This document shows, piece by piece, positions 62,900 through 64,000 of a stretch of 64,000 bases of DNA. The notes under the pieces are model-generated. The model searched no databases, had not been told where the DNA came from, and saw nothing but the letters and a program-made list of their open reading frames with translations. The DNA is taken from NCBI GenBank assembly GCA_965238005.1, contig OZ250165.1:1824001-1888000 (forward strand), given 5' to 3'. Origin of the DNA: Longimicrobiales bacterium. GTDB taxonomy: Bacteria > Gemmatimonadota > Gemmatimonadetes > Longimicrobiales > Gaopeijiaceae. The translations under genes were made by a program, and so were the position numbers. Every line of letters begins with the position of its first letter. Position 1 is the stretch's first letter.

Positions 62900-62983
62900 T
62901 CACAACTTAGTATCGCTGCTGCATCAGAGCATGTGTCCCTCAACTCCTATGTGGAGGAGCGGCTCAAGGAGATTGTGGGCTAG
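62900..62983 (+). pseudogene. Relic resembling the C-terminus of a HicB-like ribbon-helix-helix antitoxin
   Basis: SQLSIAAASEHVSLNSYVEERLKEIVG-stop; lower GC than the surroundings. Confidence 0.45.
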
Positions 62984-64000
62984 GAGTCTGCGCCGCAGAA
63001 GCACAGCTGACTGAGCCGAATGGTCATCGAGCCGTCCGCGGCGAGGCGGATCCGGGTGATTGGGAGGTTGAGGACTTGTGTCTGCGACGGATCGGGAGAG
63101 CGGAATGGATGCGTTGGGGGGGCAAGAGAGCTACGAGAGCCCTCGCGCCGGCAGATGCGGGTGAACCCTCGTGCAGTCATGCCGCCTGAAGGGTGTGCAG
63201 CCGCTTCACATTGAGTGCCAGGCACACGAGGGTCCACTCGGCCCGGACCTTCTCGAGGCCCCGGAAGCTGAATCGTCGAAAGCCCATCACTTCCTTGATC
63301 CAGCCGATGGGCGCCTCGGCCTGCGACTTTCGCCGTGCGTAGCGTCTGCGGCCATCTTCGCTCGCCAGCTTCTCCGCCATGCGGACTTTCGCCGGATATT
63401 CCTCCTTGTCAACCGTGGGGGCGGCCTTACCCTCCCGGGCCAGCGCCACATACCCGTCGATGTCTCGCTCTTCCAGTTCCTCGAGATCCCGCTCGTTGCA
63501 ATAGCCCGTGTCCGCCAGCACCTGCGCCGGCGTCTCGCCGTACGCTTGCGCCACCGCGTCGACCATGGGCACCAGCTGGCCCTGGTCGCTCGCGTTGTCC
63601 GTCACCTCGGCCCCGACCACCAGCTGGTTCTCCCCCTCCACGACCGTCTGTGCGTTGTAGCACTGCTGGAACCCCTCCGAACTCGTCTTCATGATCCGGC
63701 TCTCAGGGTCCGTGAAGTTGCTCTGCGCCGCCTCGTCCGGCTCTCCGTACTCCCGCTTGTAGGGCCTGCCGCCCTTCGGGTTGCGCGTCTGCCCCGGCTT
63801 GCGGCCCCGTGCGTCGTCCGCCGCTCTCTGCTCGGCTTCCAGGCGCGCCTTCGCCTCCCGGATCGCCGCCAGCCGGTCCTCGCGCCGCTTGAGCTCCTCC
63901 GGCACCTCGTCTCCGCATGCTTCCTCGCCGTAGCGCTCGTCTTCCGCTTCGTCCACCGCCTCGGCCCTCTCCAACAGCCCCCGGATCTCCGCCTCCAGCC
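62980..64000 (-). mobile_element. IS1182-like element, 3' part (transposase ends at 63177 and continues beyond the window)
   Basis: NFTDPESRIMK, QCYNAQ, LADTGY, Y.RRK...E...G.IK...GFRRF..RGL.KV..EW.L.CLA.N; probable end ...GCAGACTCCTAG. Confidence 0.88.

Overview
GC-rich bacterial chromosome segment. Gene content and order suggest Gemmatimonadota (Longimicrobia-like); this is an inference. Bases 1-47 kb hold intact, almost entirely plus-strand housekeeping genes: nuoH-N, a phosphomannomutase, UPF0182, sucCD, a PTS-EIIA-like/CBS protein, ndk, yceD-rpmF-plsX-fabHDG-acpP-fabF-ispF-dedA-xerD, an S41 protease, nadE, trpG/pabA, kdsB-pyrG-kdsACD-lptCAB-rpoN, and a six-gene surface glycosylation cluster. 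A canonical 28-bp XerCD dif site at 52885-52912 suggests this is the replication terminus. Frameshifted genes, gene relics and nested IS481, IS3 and IS1182-like elements cluster around and beyond it. The most unusual signal is a family of 90-410 bp palindromic MITE-like elements. Most begin at or next to the stop codon of the upstream gene. Most ends share a TAG-N13-AAGT architecture with different but self-complementary N13 cores, and the interiors are built from shared modules. Remnants of the family bracket dedA and form the nuoM-nuoN spacer. No CRISPR array, rRNA or tRNA was recognised. All calls come from reading the sequence by eye; no database searches were run.
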